This document shows positions 11,105 through 23,850 of a stretch of 64,000 nucleotides of DNA, piece after piece. Position 1 is the first letter of the stretch, and each line of letters begins with the position of its first letter. The notes beneath the pieces were generated by a model, which saw only the letters and a list, made by a program, of their open reading frames with translations, searched no databases and was not told the DNA's origin. The stretch comes from Octopus sinensis (taxonomy: Eukaryota). The DNA lies in contig NC_043004.1 in NCBI RefSeq assembly GCF_006345805.1, forward strand, positions 53,072,001-53,136,000. The letters are read 5' to 3'. Both the position numbers and the translations under genes were made by a program.

Positions 11105-11152
11105 AAAAGCTGTTACTCGGAGTTTCACGTTCCCGTTCGTCGGACAGTTTTT
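11105..11152 (-). ncRNA. hammerhead-ribozyme-like motif (type I topology, U4C variant)
   Basis: Minus strand AAAAACTGT-CCGACGA-AC(GGGAAC)GT-GAAACT(CCG)AGTA-ACAGCTTTT. Stems I, II and III can all pair, and the cleavage triplet is GUA. Confidence 0.55.
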
Positions 11153-11196
11153 CTACCGTGTTTCACATTTATGTGTTTACTCCGGTATATATATAT

Positions 11197-11277
<81 letters not shown>

Positions 11278-11769
11278 TGTGTGTATGTGAGTGTGCGTGT
11301 GTGTGTATCTATATTTGTCCCCTATCATCGCTTGACAACTGATGCTGGTATGTTTATGTCTCTGTAACTTAGCGAGATCAATAGAATAAGTACTATACTT
11401 ACAAATAATAAGTTCTGGGGGACGATTTCCTCGACTAAAGGCGGTGCTCCAGCATGGCTGCCGTCACACGACTGAAACAAATAAAAGAGTAAAAACGTAA
11501 ATGAATAAATCATTAAATATATGCAATGGAAAGTTGACCAACAGCAGCAAAAGGAATGAGTAGCAGGATGAGAATAACAAGGAGTGTCTTTGAAATGGAA
11601 GTTAGAAAGTAGAATTAATTAGAAAGTAGCATAAATTGGAAGTTAGAATTAAAAGCGGATAAGTATTCCAGAGTTTCGTGTTTCAACGGTAGTCACGCGT
11701 TCCTAGAATCACGGTTTCGCAGTTTCTTATGAAACAACTTGCACAGAAAATGTGTCTATCATGATCATA

Positions 11770-11990
11770 TACGTGTGCGGCTCATACGCTCTCTCCCTCC
11801 ATCAGATTGACGTTGCTTCTACATGTGCATGCTGCACCACGCGCTACGTATCGAAGTGATCGCAGAGCAACGTCAGATGAAGTGTTTACCACGAATACAT
11901 CGAACTGCCCGGTCCAGCAGTAGAAGCCTTGATGTCGGGATCGTAAATGAAACCTCCTAACCACTACGCTTCTCGCCCTCCTTTTTAACA
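11770..11990 (-). mobile_element. tRNA-derived SINE fragment
   Basis: GCAGAGCAACGTCAGATGAAGTG..CCTCCTAACCACTACGC on the + strand is a reverse tRNA-like head and core. Confidence 0.6.
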
Positions 11991-12440
11991 GTCACGTGTA
12001 TTCTTAGTGAAATTCGTAACCGGAATAAGTGCAACGCAGTGTGTGATAAGACTGTATCGTTTCATCACAGGCAAGGGCCCGAGAATAGTTGCTGCAGGGG
12101 GCGCACCTGCACCCACTAACATTTTGTGGGGAAGCAAAATTTAATATTGCACCCCCTACTCACCTTTTCCAGGCTTAGACAGTAAGAACAAAGAACTAAA
12201 ATAAATGAAAAGAAAACAGCCCCAAATCACTAGATATATATTACGGAACCGAAGTTTTCCTAACATTAAAAAGTTAAATTATATGTACGTATATACAAAA
12301 TGCATAAACGAAATATGTGTGTGTGTGTGTGCGTGTGTGTGTTTATGTGTGTGCGTGTGTGTGTAGCAAGAAAGTTAACTTCAAGCATTCCGTAGTAAAT
12401 ATAAAAAAACAACAACTTTCAGGAACAATAGTGGTTTACT

Positions 12441-12529
12441 GAGGCGGGAGTTTGTGGTTAAGAGCGCGGGCTACTAACCCCAAAATTCCGAGTTCGATTC
12501 CAAGCAGTGACCTGAACAATAACAACAAC

Positions 12530-12579
<50 letters not shown>

Positions 12580-12737
12580 TAATAATAATAACATCGAAAA
12601 ATACCTTAGGAATGAGAACCGAGGTTCGAACTTTTCGCAAGACACTTGAAGAATGCTGGAGGGTATATCAGTGGAAACGTGTTAACAACAAACAAGATGA
12701 GGGCAAATATCCGTCGAATGTAAATAATGTAAATAAT
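12441..12737 (+). mobile_element. tRNA-headed SINE with central (AAT)n and hammerhead-like 3' module
   Basis: A box TGTGGTTAAGAG, B box GAGTTCGATTCC, (AAT)n at about 12516-12591, then GACAC-TTGAAGA-ATGCTG..CAGTG-GAAAC-GTGTT, ending in ATGTAAATAATGTAAATAAT. Confidence 0.7.
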
Positions 12738-14044
12738 TCTACACATGTAGCCCGGAATCCTAAAAATTGTTGCTACTCCTAACATGAAAGATTTTGCCTG
12801 ATGTGGGAGTATCCCTTAACTCATTTTCCAGGGACTCGATGCACAAGTCAGACGATAATACTAAACCACGACCAAATCTACCGTAGAACCATTCTTTAGC
12901 GTGACAGTATTGGTTCAGACTTCCATCGAAACCCAGAAGTTACCCAGCTATCTACTGGGTACAATAGTAAAATCACAGCCACAAAATATATAACTGTAAC
13001 CATATTCCACAGTGCAACCATACCAACTCCAGACAACAACCTCGCCCAAAACAAGAAAAGTCTTGGTGTTTACATCCCCGTAACCTAGCGGTTCGGCAAA
13101 AGTCAATGCTCCAGAATGGCCCCAGTCAAATGATTGAAACAAGTAAAAGAAAAGAATATGAATACTTACGCAAACATATTTATTTTTGCCCCTATTCATA
13201 TAACACTTGTATATCTACACGTATATGTATATCCAAAAGTGAGCGTATGTGATTAAGTAAATATGTGTTTATACATGTATGTGTACATAGGTATGTATGT
13301 AAGCATGTATGTGTGTATGTATGTGTGTATGTATGTAAGTATGTATGTGTTTGTACATACATATAGATAGATAGATGGATATTATATATATTAGTGCGCG
13401 TATATATGCATACATTTACGCACTTACGTACGTATAATCTTGTTTTTATTTGTTTTATACTTAACATACGTATATGCGTTTGTGAATGTGATCCAGGAAT
13501 CCGCATGAATAAGTCCGAATTTACGCATGCACGTGTGCATGTATTCATCTGTATTTTGTACTTATATCCATAGGCTCTCTCAGTTATATTCACATATGTA
13601 TGCATAATAGAAGAAAAGCTAGTATGTGCAGGCGTATGTGTGTGTGTGTGTACTTGTTTGTGTGTGTGTGTAATTTTCCTTATTTATTTCCTCATTATTT
13701 ATTTATTAATTTATGTATTTATTGAACAGCGTACCGAGCAAACAACTGGAAAAATATGCATTCCCAAATGTTTTTATAAGTTGGTTTTTATAATTTGTTC
13801 CTGAACAATCCCAATTTGTTCCCGAACACTAGCTCCATCACTGCTATATCAATTTTTGACTCATTCATTCGAAACAATTTGGTGTCAACGGACCAAGCTC
13901 TTGACTCTTGAGTCACTACTTAACTTCTGTAGAATTTTAATAAAGCAGCTTGTATATACTTATGTTTCGAGTTCTATTTTCCTGTTTGCATCACCAAGGC
14001 TATATATGCAAAAATACAGAGTATACAATAAAAAAAATTATGAA

Positions 14045-14306
14045 TGCGCCCTTTTTAAAGCCTAGCCAGGCTCATGGGCCCGGTTTCCATGGTGTATGTG
14101 TTCTCCAGCTGGACGGGACGCTAGTCCGTCGCAGCGTTACTCATTTTTGCCAGCTGAGTGGACTGGAGCAACGTGAAATGAAGTGTTTTGCTCAAGAATA
14201 CAACTCGTCGCCCGGTCCAGGAATCGAAACCACAATCTTACGATCATGATGCTGACACCCTAACCACTAAGCCAAGCGCCTCCACACAGAGTATATAAAA
14301 GTAAGT
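14045..14306 (-). mobile_element. tRNA-derived SINE (CORE/V-like body)
   Basis: Minus-strand head GGAGGCGCTTGGCTTAGTGGTTAGGG..GGTTTCGATTCC, body TTGAGCAAAACACTTCATTTCACGTTGCTCCAGTCCACTCAGCTG. Confidence 0.85.
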
Positions 14307-15203
14307 ACATGTAATGATATACTTACATCCCGCTATGAATGTATTACTTTTTAAATTTCTTGCAATTCTTTGTTCTTTCCCATCGTTTCTTCTAATTTCT
14401 TTATCCATCTTTCATTCGCTTTTACTCCCACCCTACACATCACGTTTGTCTCACTTTACCTCTTTCTCTGTCTTATTTTCTTCCCTGTCATATTTTCGTG
14501 TCATGTCTTTGAGGCAGTATAAGCGATGCTTCATTCATTGCAAATATTTTCCCTTCAGCTTAAGAATCATTCACATATAGATACATACACGCATACACGC
14601 ACGCAAACACGCTCACACACAATACACGCATGTACATACACACGCATACGCACATACACATATAGACATGCACTTACACGTTCATAAAGAAAAGACACAG
14701 AATCACGCGCATCATATTAGAGATACATTTGTAGACATCGTTACAGAAACACAGGAAGAGAGAATAAAAGAAAGCGAAAAAGCTCACAGAAATAGAGATC
14801 TCCTGGCAAACACACATCAAGAAGCTCATAGTTAATACATGAAAACACACAATCACGGACTCTTAAGCCTGTTACTAACGCAGAAATTTATAAAAACGCA
14901 CACATATACACAATCACGAATACATACAGAGGTTACGCACTCACACAAGCAAACACATGAAATACTCGAATACAAACGGTGGAAAAACCTCACTAGACAC
15001 AGAGTGGCAGAATTTATTTGTTACCAATACAAATAAACTCTGCCAAAACTAACTAATCATATGCAACAATAATAACAGAAATAACAGGAAAACAAAAAAT
15101 ATGACAAAAATATTAAAGAATAAAATAAAGCAGAATAAAGGTATAACAGGCGAAATATACCCTTCATCAAGAGATGATAAACACTCGGTTCTCTTGTTGA
15201 TAC

Positions 15204-15287
15204 CTTCGGGGGATTTTATCCGAATCTGTAATGTATTCCATTTGTGCAGAGCAAGTTGTCTTTTATGCCTACGTTGCATTTTATTGT
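15204..15287 (-). CDS. candidate internal exon (84 nt, phase 1-1; DNKMQRRHKRQLALHKWNTLQIRIKSPE)
   Basis: Acceptor TCCAGTTTTTCAG, donor GAAG|GTATCA, only one frame open. No homology recognised. Confidence 0.2.
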
Positions 15288-15627
15288 CTGAAAAACTGGA
15301 ATATTCCATGGTTTTCGAATTCTCCGAGCACAAAATAACATTGGAAATAAATCAGTGGAGGAAGAAACCTTTCTGGAATAAACAGATTATTTCTATTGTT
15401 TGGGTCAATATTTGTGCGTTAGAATATCTCCAGAATTAAACTCTAAAAAACCAGTAAAATATGTGTAGAGAGGGTGTAGTTGATATTGTCTATATCGCTT
15501 GTGGCGTTATATTTATAGGGGCTAACGACGTATCTTTCTATCTATTACTCAGTCTATTTGTGTCTCAATGTCTCCTTCCACTCTCTCTCTTTCTCTCTTT
15601 CTGTCTCTCCTTCTCTCTCATTTTTCG

Positions 15628-15685
<58 letters not shown>

Positions 15686-15939
15686 TACAGATAGGTAGTT
15701 ACATAGGTAGATAGATAACTGTTCGTATGAGTATGGAAATATACAATACATTTGATTAGGAACATTACACGGTATCTATAGAATACATTTTACATAGATT
15801 CCAAGAAAAATATTCTTGAGTGCTTCTACATAATATGCATATTCGATGATCCTATTAAGTTGAGCTGTTTTCTTTGGGGCGGGGCTACATCTAGGGAAGT
15901 TGATGATTACCTATCTCTTATGCATACATACATACATAC

Positions 15940-16030
<91 letters not shown>

Positions 16031-16896
16031 TTCTCAAACGGCTTAACTAAAATCAAATCAAATTTTACATGGTGATACTATGAGACCCCTGAGTGTCAGA
16101 CTGTAATTTTTGGGGGATTAAAACAATGAAACATTAGCATCGGTTCCGTATTACGTGTCAAAACTTGAAGAATAAAAGTGAAAGAATAACATTTATATTG
16201 TAATGTGGTATATTGTTTCACTTTTACGATTTTACTTTTAATTCTAACCACGACGAAGATGTGTGTGAGTGTACGAGTGGGTGTGCGTGTGTTTCCGTGT
16301 TGGGTACGTTATTAAATATACTATATATATATGTGAAGGCAGGTCATTGTCAATACGAAATTTTATTTTTATTTCAATTAAAATAATATAGCATTTCATA
16401 GCGATAATCTTCTTACTTAAGGAGATGCACTTGCATAGCAACTGACTGCGTCTGAGGTCGTGTGCTTGGAACATATATATATATATATATATATACAAAC
16501 TTCGATGGAGTAACATTTATATATACAACTTGAACAGACATATCTATCAGTACATAAAAATACATCTACATGTACATACGCATATACACAAAAGCAGATA
16601 CGTCTACACATTTACATACGTAAAAGTTCATATACATATATACATCTGATCTGGCAAAGTTTCTACAGCTGGATGTCCTTCGTAACACTAAAAACTCCGA
16701 GAGTGTAGTGAGTGCTCTTTATGTGACACCGGCACGGGACCCAGTCAGGTAGCATTGATATATATATTGCAGTTGTGTTGAAACATGTGATACGGTAAAC
16801 TGCAGCATTGACGTCATAACATTTGTGGAGTAAATGATGGTGTACTTTGACTAAGCGACATGTAACGCGTCTGTCTGGACGATTCCATGGCCTTAC

Positions 16897-17032
16897 CTAT
16901 CATGGAAATTTGAGTGTGTGGGTGGTATTCTTGTCTGTCTCCTGTCAAAGCTTCATTTACGCGTTCGCCACTACAACTTCGTTTAGGCTTAGCAGCCCTT
17001 CCTGTCCTATTTGTGTTATCTAGTTTGGCCCT
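16897..17032 (-). CDS. candidate internal exon (136 nt, phase 0-1; RAKLDNTNRTGRAAKPKRSCSGERVNEALTGDRQEYHPHTQISMI)
   Basis: Acceptor GATTTTGCAG, donor ATAG|GTAAGG, only one frame open, phase-compatible with 15204-15287. Confidence 0.2.
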
Positions 17033-17805
17033 CTGCAAAATCCTAAATTTTACTTAAATATGCCCTGCGGGAGCAACTGTTTTATCGAAAGCGTACATTG
17101 TTGTTAAATGCTCGAAATACGAGACTAGGAACACAGCCAACAACAGATAAAGGTTCGTTCTTTATGTTGTTCGTTTTGCTTTCCATTTGTGTCTTTCGTT
17201 GTTCGAAAGAATAGTTCATGTTTCATGTACTCGTGCTTCGGACATTTTGTAGTACACGTTTCATGACGTTCTGTGCCCACATACGCATATATATATACAG
17301 CTGAATTTGAACTCAGAACGTAAATATGGACGATATGGAGACAAGCATTTTGCCTGGTGTGCTAACGACTCTGCCACTTCACCTCCTTATTGTGGATATA
17401 TATTGAATACCTGTAAATAGGGTAATGCTTGGAAGCAGCAGCAGAACATATCGTGCAAATGTCTTTACAGAAAATATTTCATATGGGAGCCTTATGATTG
17501 CCTACAGGTAGGATGTAATTATACTATTGATTTCTAAAATCGGCATAGCGCCAAAATTTCAGTGGGTGCAGAGCATTTGAGTGTCAGAACGGGTTTTATT
17601 ATTATAATCTGTCGACATCTTAAGAATAATAAAAGAAAGCTGAATTTCCTTGTGATTTATCCTGATCACGCAATGAACTGGAATAAATACCAAAAGTTGT
17701 TTCGCATTCTGTTCAAGCATATCTGTCAAACCATTGCCCTATAATTATCATGTTTTAGTATTTGTACGTGTAATAATAACAGTCGTTGAAATTTTATGTG
17801 ACTCG

Positions 17806-17851
<46 letters not shown>

Positions 17852-18153
17852 GTCAGTGGGTGTGTATTTGTTCCCACCACCATCTATTCTGAAAATCGTA
17901 GGATCAACGAGGTTAATGTTCCATCTGCTGGAAATATGACTGTTTGTGAAACCCTCAGTGACAAAATTGTACAAAGGATGGAGGGAATTTATTATTACTC
18001 AGTATAAAGCGAGAGATATACATACATACACACATACATGCATGCATGCACGCACACATACATTCATACGTACATTCATACATACATACATGCATACATA
18101 CATACATATATACATACATAAATACATGCAGACATATATACATACATACATAC

Positions 18154-18935
18154 ATACAGGCTGCAATGATTAAACTGTCGTCTGAATTACGCAAAAAGAA
18201 AGTAACACTGACATCTTATTCTAACGAATATATCTACCAAAGTTACAATCTTACATGAAATCTTTGATAAAATCGGCATTGGTTTCAACCGTGGCTTTAA
18301 CCGACTTCGGAATCTCCTGCAAATCTTGCGACGGCCTCCTTGTTTAAGTTGGTGAATGTTGCAAGAATGTTTGCCTTCAGTTCATCTTTGGTGTTACAAG
18401 GAGTTTTGTTGGTCCCTTGCTCAACTGTGCCCCACACATACTAATTAACGAGGTTGTAATCTAAGGACTTAGGTGGCCAGATGTTAAGGCTGATGTGGTA
18501 GCAAAATTTGTCTGACAGCTATGTCTGGGTTCTCCAGCTTTTGTAGCATGTAGCAGAGTCCTGTTGCCAGGGTCTTCCAGCAGCTACCCTTTTAACCCAG
18601 GGCAGCAATATCTCCTCCACGCACTTGATGTAGGTCGCTGTGTTGAGTCTCAGGCCACGTGGAAAGATAAATGGAAGCATAACATCGCCATCACCTGTGA
18701 TCACTCCAAACACCATAATGTTGACAGGATATTTAATATTTATGAATTTCGGTACATGTCCTGAGATTGCGATGTCCCCAGATTTACCCCCAGACACGCT
18801 GAAATGTTCGTATAGGAGCTCCCGGCGCGAAAATCAAGCAGCACAGCATGTCGTTTCAAAATTCCTAGAAGAGTGAATTGCATCATGGTATTATTTTTCT
18901 CATACACGGTGCCCAACTGTCCCTACTATACCGTA
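18154..18935 (-). mobile_element. internally deleted Tc1/mariner DNA transposon, DD37D (maT) type
   Basis: Minus strand encodes VMVFGVITGDGDVMLPFIF..WQQD followed by 37 residues and then N at the expected third Asp, followed by YVWGTVE. The N-terminus (..KRHAVLLDFRAG..GVNL) is fused directly to the catalytic region. Right end begins TACAGGCTGC at about 18154. Confidence 0.85.
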
Positions 18936-19017
18936 TAGTCGGCAAAATCAAAAACAAGCAATGTGCATGCACGAAATTTAAAATATACAATGGTGACAAT
19001 TTACCCGTCATACTCTG

Positions 19018-19054
<37 letters not shown>

Positions 19055-19084
19055 ACACATATATATACACACACACATATTACT

Positions 19085-19126
<42 letters not shown>

Positions 19127-19860
19127 CAAATATATATATATATATATACGTACATACATACACACACATATGTATAATATATTTACCTGCATACATACAT
19201 AAATATGTACTCCTAAAGTGTATGTGCGTGTGTGTATGTGTGTGTGTGTGCATGTGTGTATGTGTGGCCTAAAAGATAGAGAAAGGTAGAGAGAGAGATG
19301 CATACACACACGCACGCACATGCACACAAGCATACATGTATATACTGTCATATGTTAATATGTGTGTATATGTTTTGGCTATGTATCTATATTTCACTGC
19401 TCGAAATTATTTACAATGTTCATTAAAATAAAAAAACATTCTATATTTCAAAAATTATGATAGGCATCCTCTAAAATATCTAAATTAAAAAAAAACGATA
19501 AACTCATTTCAGTAACGTAAAGAAATTGTATGACTTGTATGTATTTACCCCGAATACATCAGGCCACCATAAGAAAGTTATGCTGTATTTAGCGCGGTAT
19601 ATTTTTTAAAATTTATTTGGTTCATGATATATTTGTTACTGTTCCGTCTGTATCTTACAAAGAATACATATATTACGTTTGTCTTGTGTTTTAAACAATT
19701 AGTGTCATTTGTGAAGCCATTGTCACTGTCTGCCCTCATATTTTGGATATTAGATTTACAGTATTGTCATCCTTCGTGAGGACACAAAGGTGGCATATAT
19801 ACGTCGTATATCCAACGGTTTGCGTCGTGATAGTATATTTCCATGCGCGGATATGGATAA

Positions 19861-19908
<48 letters not shown>

Positions 19909-19990
19909 GTAGGTAGAATAGATAGACTGGCAGACAGATATATACATACATACATACATACATACATACATACATACATACATACATACA

Positions 19991-20525
19991 TGGTGGCTGC
20001 CCCCCTCGTTATCGAGTATGGCCATTGCACGAAGCTTAATCAATGTTGTCATCGAGCAATGCCTGTGCAAGAAGATATTTTTTAAAGTGAGGAAAGGCTG
20101 TGCACTGAGTCAATCTCACTCACTAAGCAACAGCAGCCATAATCCGAAAAGAACAAGTCAACATAATCGGTAACCAGAGCCGCAGGTTTTACGTCGGAGT
20201 TATCCCAGTTTCCTGAGTTACCTTCTCCTAGAAGGATGCCCTAACAAAGGCTAGGAGTCCTCCACTCCCAATGGTTTAACTGCGCGATCGGTTATTTAGT
20301 CCGATTATTTCTATGTCCCGGCGCATGATACAGCCTTAAGGCATTTATTGGATGGCCGTTGACTCTCAAGAGTTCTCCCGCCCTTTGACGGGTTTTGTTT
20401 TTCATCCCGCAGGGTGTCCAATAAACACCCTCCTCACCAAGCAAGCTTGGTGGGGTTGCCGCTTTAGTCGCCAACGACCCGACCATGCTACAGGTTGTAC
20501 TGGGTTACATGTTACCAGTAGCACA
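19991..20525 (-). mobile_element. probable non-autonomous RTE-derived element (5' UTR-like part plus 3' tail) ending in (TATG)n
   Basis: GC-rich non-coding block with CTTCTAGGAGAAGGTAACTC on the minus strand (recalled as an RTE 5'-region motif), no tRNA head, no ORF, and a tetranucleotide tail at about 19940-19990. Confidence 0.4.
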
Positions 20526-21467
20526 TACATACATACATAATACATACGTATAACGGCAAATATATCTCCGTCTTCATCCTTGACTCAATTAGTATTCCTG
20601 TATTTATAAAGCTGATTATCAGTTTTGTTTACGAATCATTTTTTCCGTATGTTCCACATAACATATCATACCGGTTTCCACATAGCACACAACCTCTATT
20701 CGCTTTTTTCCTTTTTCCTATCTGTTTTAGTCTCTTAGGGTTGAACTAATCACTTATTATTCAAAGTAAAGAATGCGCTGAGATTTCGAAATCCAGTTGA
20801 AATTTTGTGAGGAACATGTGTGAAAGTTTGTATGCAAATTTTCTCCAATCGGCTACAAGAATGTTTTCTAATTTTGGAACAAGACTAGTAATTTTGAATG
20901 AAGGGGATTTATCAACACCATCACATCGATTATATTACTGGCATCGCATTGTATTACACTCGTAAAGGATGAAAGACAAATTTTTACTTGGCGGGGTTTA
21001 ATTTCAGAACATAAAGGACAAATACTGTCAAAGAGTTCTTCCGACTCTGAGAATCCGCTGACAACACAGGTCTTGTTCCTCAGTCGATGCAATATCTTCA
21101 GAAAATAATGAAATGCTTCTCCAATGCCTGTACTGTACAATATTCTTGATATGAGCACAACCGCTATATACGAAATATGGAACTAATCATACTTGCATAA
21201 GATACCTGATTTGATGTAGTAAATTGTATTGCGTACCTCATCGTCTAAAGTGATGGATACAATAACCTATAGTTTTAATTACCTTTCAGATATTAAAACT
21301 TGAAACTGAAAGCAATAAATAATGTTTAGGTTTTGTTGTTAGCCATTCCTGTTGAAGAGGCGATGGCATTAAACATACAGATCTGTCATCATTAAATTGA
21401 TACATACTCAGAAACCAATATGGGATGTTTATATGGATAGGGCTCCAACAGCTCAGGAATGCAGTGC

Positions 21468-21533
21468 TGTCCATTATGTCCAAGGCAGTTCTCAAAACCT
21501 ATGACGGTGAAAATTCATTTTTGACGAGCGCAC
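21468..21533 (+). pseudogene. single degenerate C2H2 zinc finger (CPLCPRQFSKPMTVKIHF*RAH)
   Basis: Exact C-X2-C-X3-F-X5-hydrophobic-X2-H-X4-H spacing with an in-frame TGA at 21522-21524. Confidence 0.3.
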
Positions 21534-22059
21534 AAGAAGGGATGTGTTTTTTAAAGGGTGGTTCCTGACCAAATAAGCTGCATCATATTTCTACAAATAT
21601 TTGAGCGGGTACATGGTGGAAAGTCTTTCATATATATATGTATGCCAGTGCTCGTGTGTTCACATATACATGCATTTATATATGTATGTATGCGTGTGTG
21701 AGTATGTATAAAAATGCATATTATGTTCCAAATTGTAGTTGCATACCATGCAATTTAAAGCTAGGCGAGAGGATTCGGTTGCGGAAACAGAAAGGATTCC
21801 GTTGCTTATATATATGAACATGTGTTCATATGTCCATATATATATATATATATGAAGACATGAACTTGTACGTACCTTTGTTTTTGTGTTTACCCCCCAA
21901 TTACCCTTCACAAACAGTGTTGGTTTATTCACGTCCCTGTCAGCGGTTCTGCAAGTGGTCAATAGAATGAGAAAAAGATTTTAGAAAATCAAATCCTGCA
22001 GAAAATTATTCATTGCACTGTCCCAGAGTAAGATGAAGATATCAGAAGATATATATATA

Positions 22060-22138
<79 letters not shown>

Positions 22139-22506
22139 TGAGGGTCTGTGTCTTATATGTTCGTGCGTTTGTGGCATATCCACTCACACATCTGTATATC
22201 TGATATACATGTGTTTATGCGAGCAAGCTAGCGTTTGTTTGTGAGGCTGAGTGCGCGTACGTCTTCTCTCTATGTATTCGTCGATACGCGCAGCGATGAT
22301 AATGTACGGAGTTGTGCCTCTAAGCACTAATGTCGACAGTAAATTCTTACTTTGACATATTTCATGACTTTTTCCACTATCACTTTCATTATTCCACAGA
22401 GACCAATTTCTTCCTTCTAATTTTAACGCACACCTTCAAATTTTTAGTACCATCTACATTTTTGTTTAAGTATGATGATTATAGCATACACACAGCGAAA
22501 CACATG

Positions 22507-22570
<64 letters not shown>

Positions 22571-22732
22571 ACAACGTATGTACGTAGGTGGGTATATAGA
22601 TGTGTATATATATATATATCCAAAAGTTTTAACCCAGTATTTAAATGCTAGTATTTATAGCTTTATACGTGCTTCGATGCGTTATATATATGTATGTATG
22701 TAGGTATGTAAGTATGCATATGTATATATATG

Positions 22733-22797
<65 letters not shown>

Positions 22798-23850
22798 TAT
22801 ACATATACATATACATATACATACACATATACATATATAGTGAAAGACAGTGCGTGTGGAATTCTATCTTACGTTTAAGACGCGTATCCGTCTACGACAT
22901 AAATAATGAACATAATATTAGAGGTGGATGAAACTTTTATTATAGCTATTTTTTGTTGGTTCCCCATGTTTAATACGTATAACTGGAAAACACAATAAAG
23001 TGAATTGCTAATATTAGATGTTGTTACAATTATGACACACCAATGACTCATTACTTTGAGTTTCTGAAAATTAATTTGATATTGTCATTGCTAGAAAGTC
23101 ATTGCTAGAGTAGAAAGTGGAAGTTGAACACAAAACGTCATCGATAATTCAATAGGAAAATGAAGAGAAAAATTGAATAAACCATTCCAAATGGTTTCTG
23201 AAAAACCTGTTGATTGTAGTAGAAATTTTAGTTAACACACAGAAATAATAAAACGCATTTTGGCAAATATTCGTTGTTAGATATTTGATGTATATTCTGC
23301 CGACAACTTCTTACAAGTGCACGTACCCAGACTTCACGTTTATAAAAGGGTATGTGTGCTTGTAAAATTTTATAAGGATGAGTTTTATAGTAACTTATTA
23401 GTCTTGTTTGTCAGTGACTTATGGAAGTCACTGATAAACATTTCTTCATCAAGGAACGGTATTGAATGTTCCTTTATGCTTCTCTGCAACATGCACTCAC
23501 GCACACACGTACACTGCACACACACTCACACACGCACAGACGCACGCAGACACATGCACAATCATGAAGCAGGTGGGTTTTAGCTAGGCCATTACAGACC
23601 ATTTAACTGGCAAATATGACGGAATGCTTGTTAAAAGAGGTATAGTCGATTATAAGATACTTATTTTTGCGTACTTGTAAACTCCTATCACGAAATTTTT
23701 GAAAGGAAAACCGAGCATATTCTTAGAAGAATATGTCTTGCATGCTGACACACAGCGGAGCTTTCACCCGTCAAGAAGCTGCCAGTCGCGATGTTCGCAT
23801 CATGACAATCGTGTGTTAAAACAGTTGCTGAACCATGCAAACATAGAAGA

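Larger units (their letters stand above)
8853..11500 (+). mobile_element. tRNA-derived SINE split by an insertion (head 8853-8890, remainder 10881-11500)
   Basis: Head GGTGCAAGAGTGGCTGTGTGATAAGTAGCTCGCTTAC resumes at 10881 as AAGTAGCTTGCTTACCAAACACATAATTCCGGGTTCAGTCCC, collinear with the intact copy at 24944. Confidence 0.85.

Noticed and set aside
12441-12510. tRNA gene (also heads at 24944, 25585 and 52995)
   Set aside because: A and B boxes are present, but there is no complete cloverleaf and each continues into a SINE body.
20868-21163. 96-aa minus-strand ORF or exon
   Set aside because: Two frames are partly open, donors are weak, and no domain is recognisable.
21345-21590. C-type lectin domain exon (VEEAMA..KHTDLSSL..FIWIGL)
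   Set aside because: It needs a frameshift and stop read-through, and no downstream WxDG, EPN/QPD or WND-like motifs follow.
23281-23349. Plus-strand exon candidate (AG..AAGG|GTATGT)
   Set aside because: Two frames are open, neither recognisable, and it has no compatible neighbouring exon.
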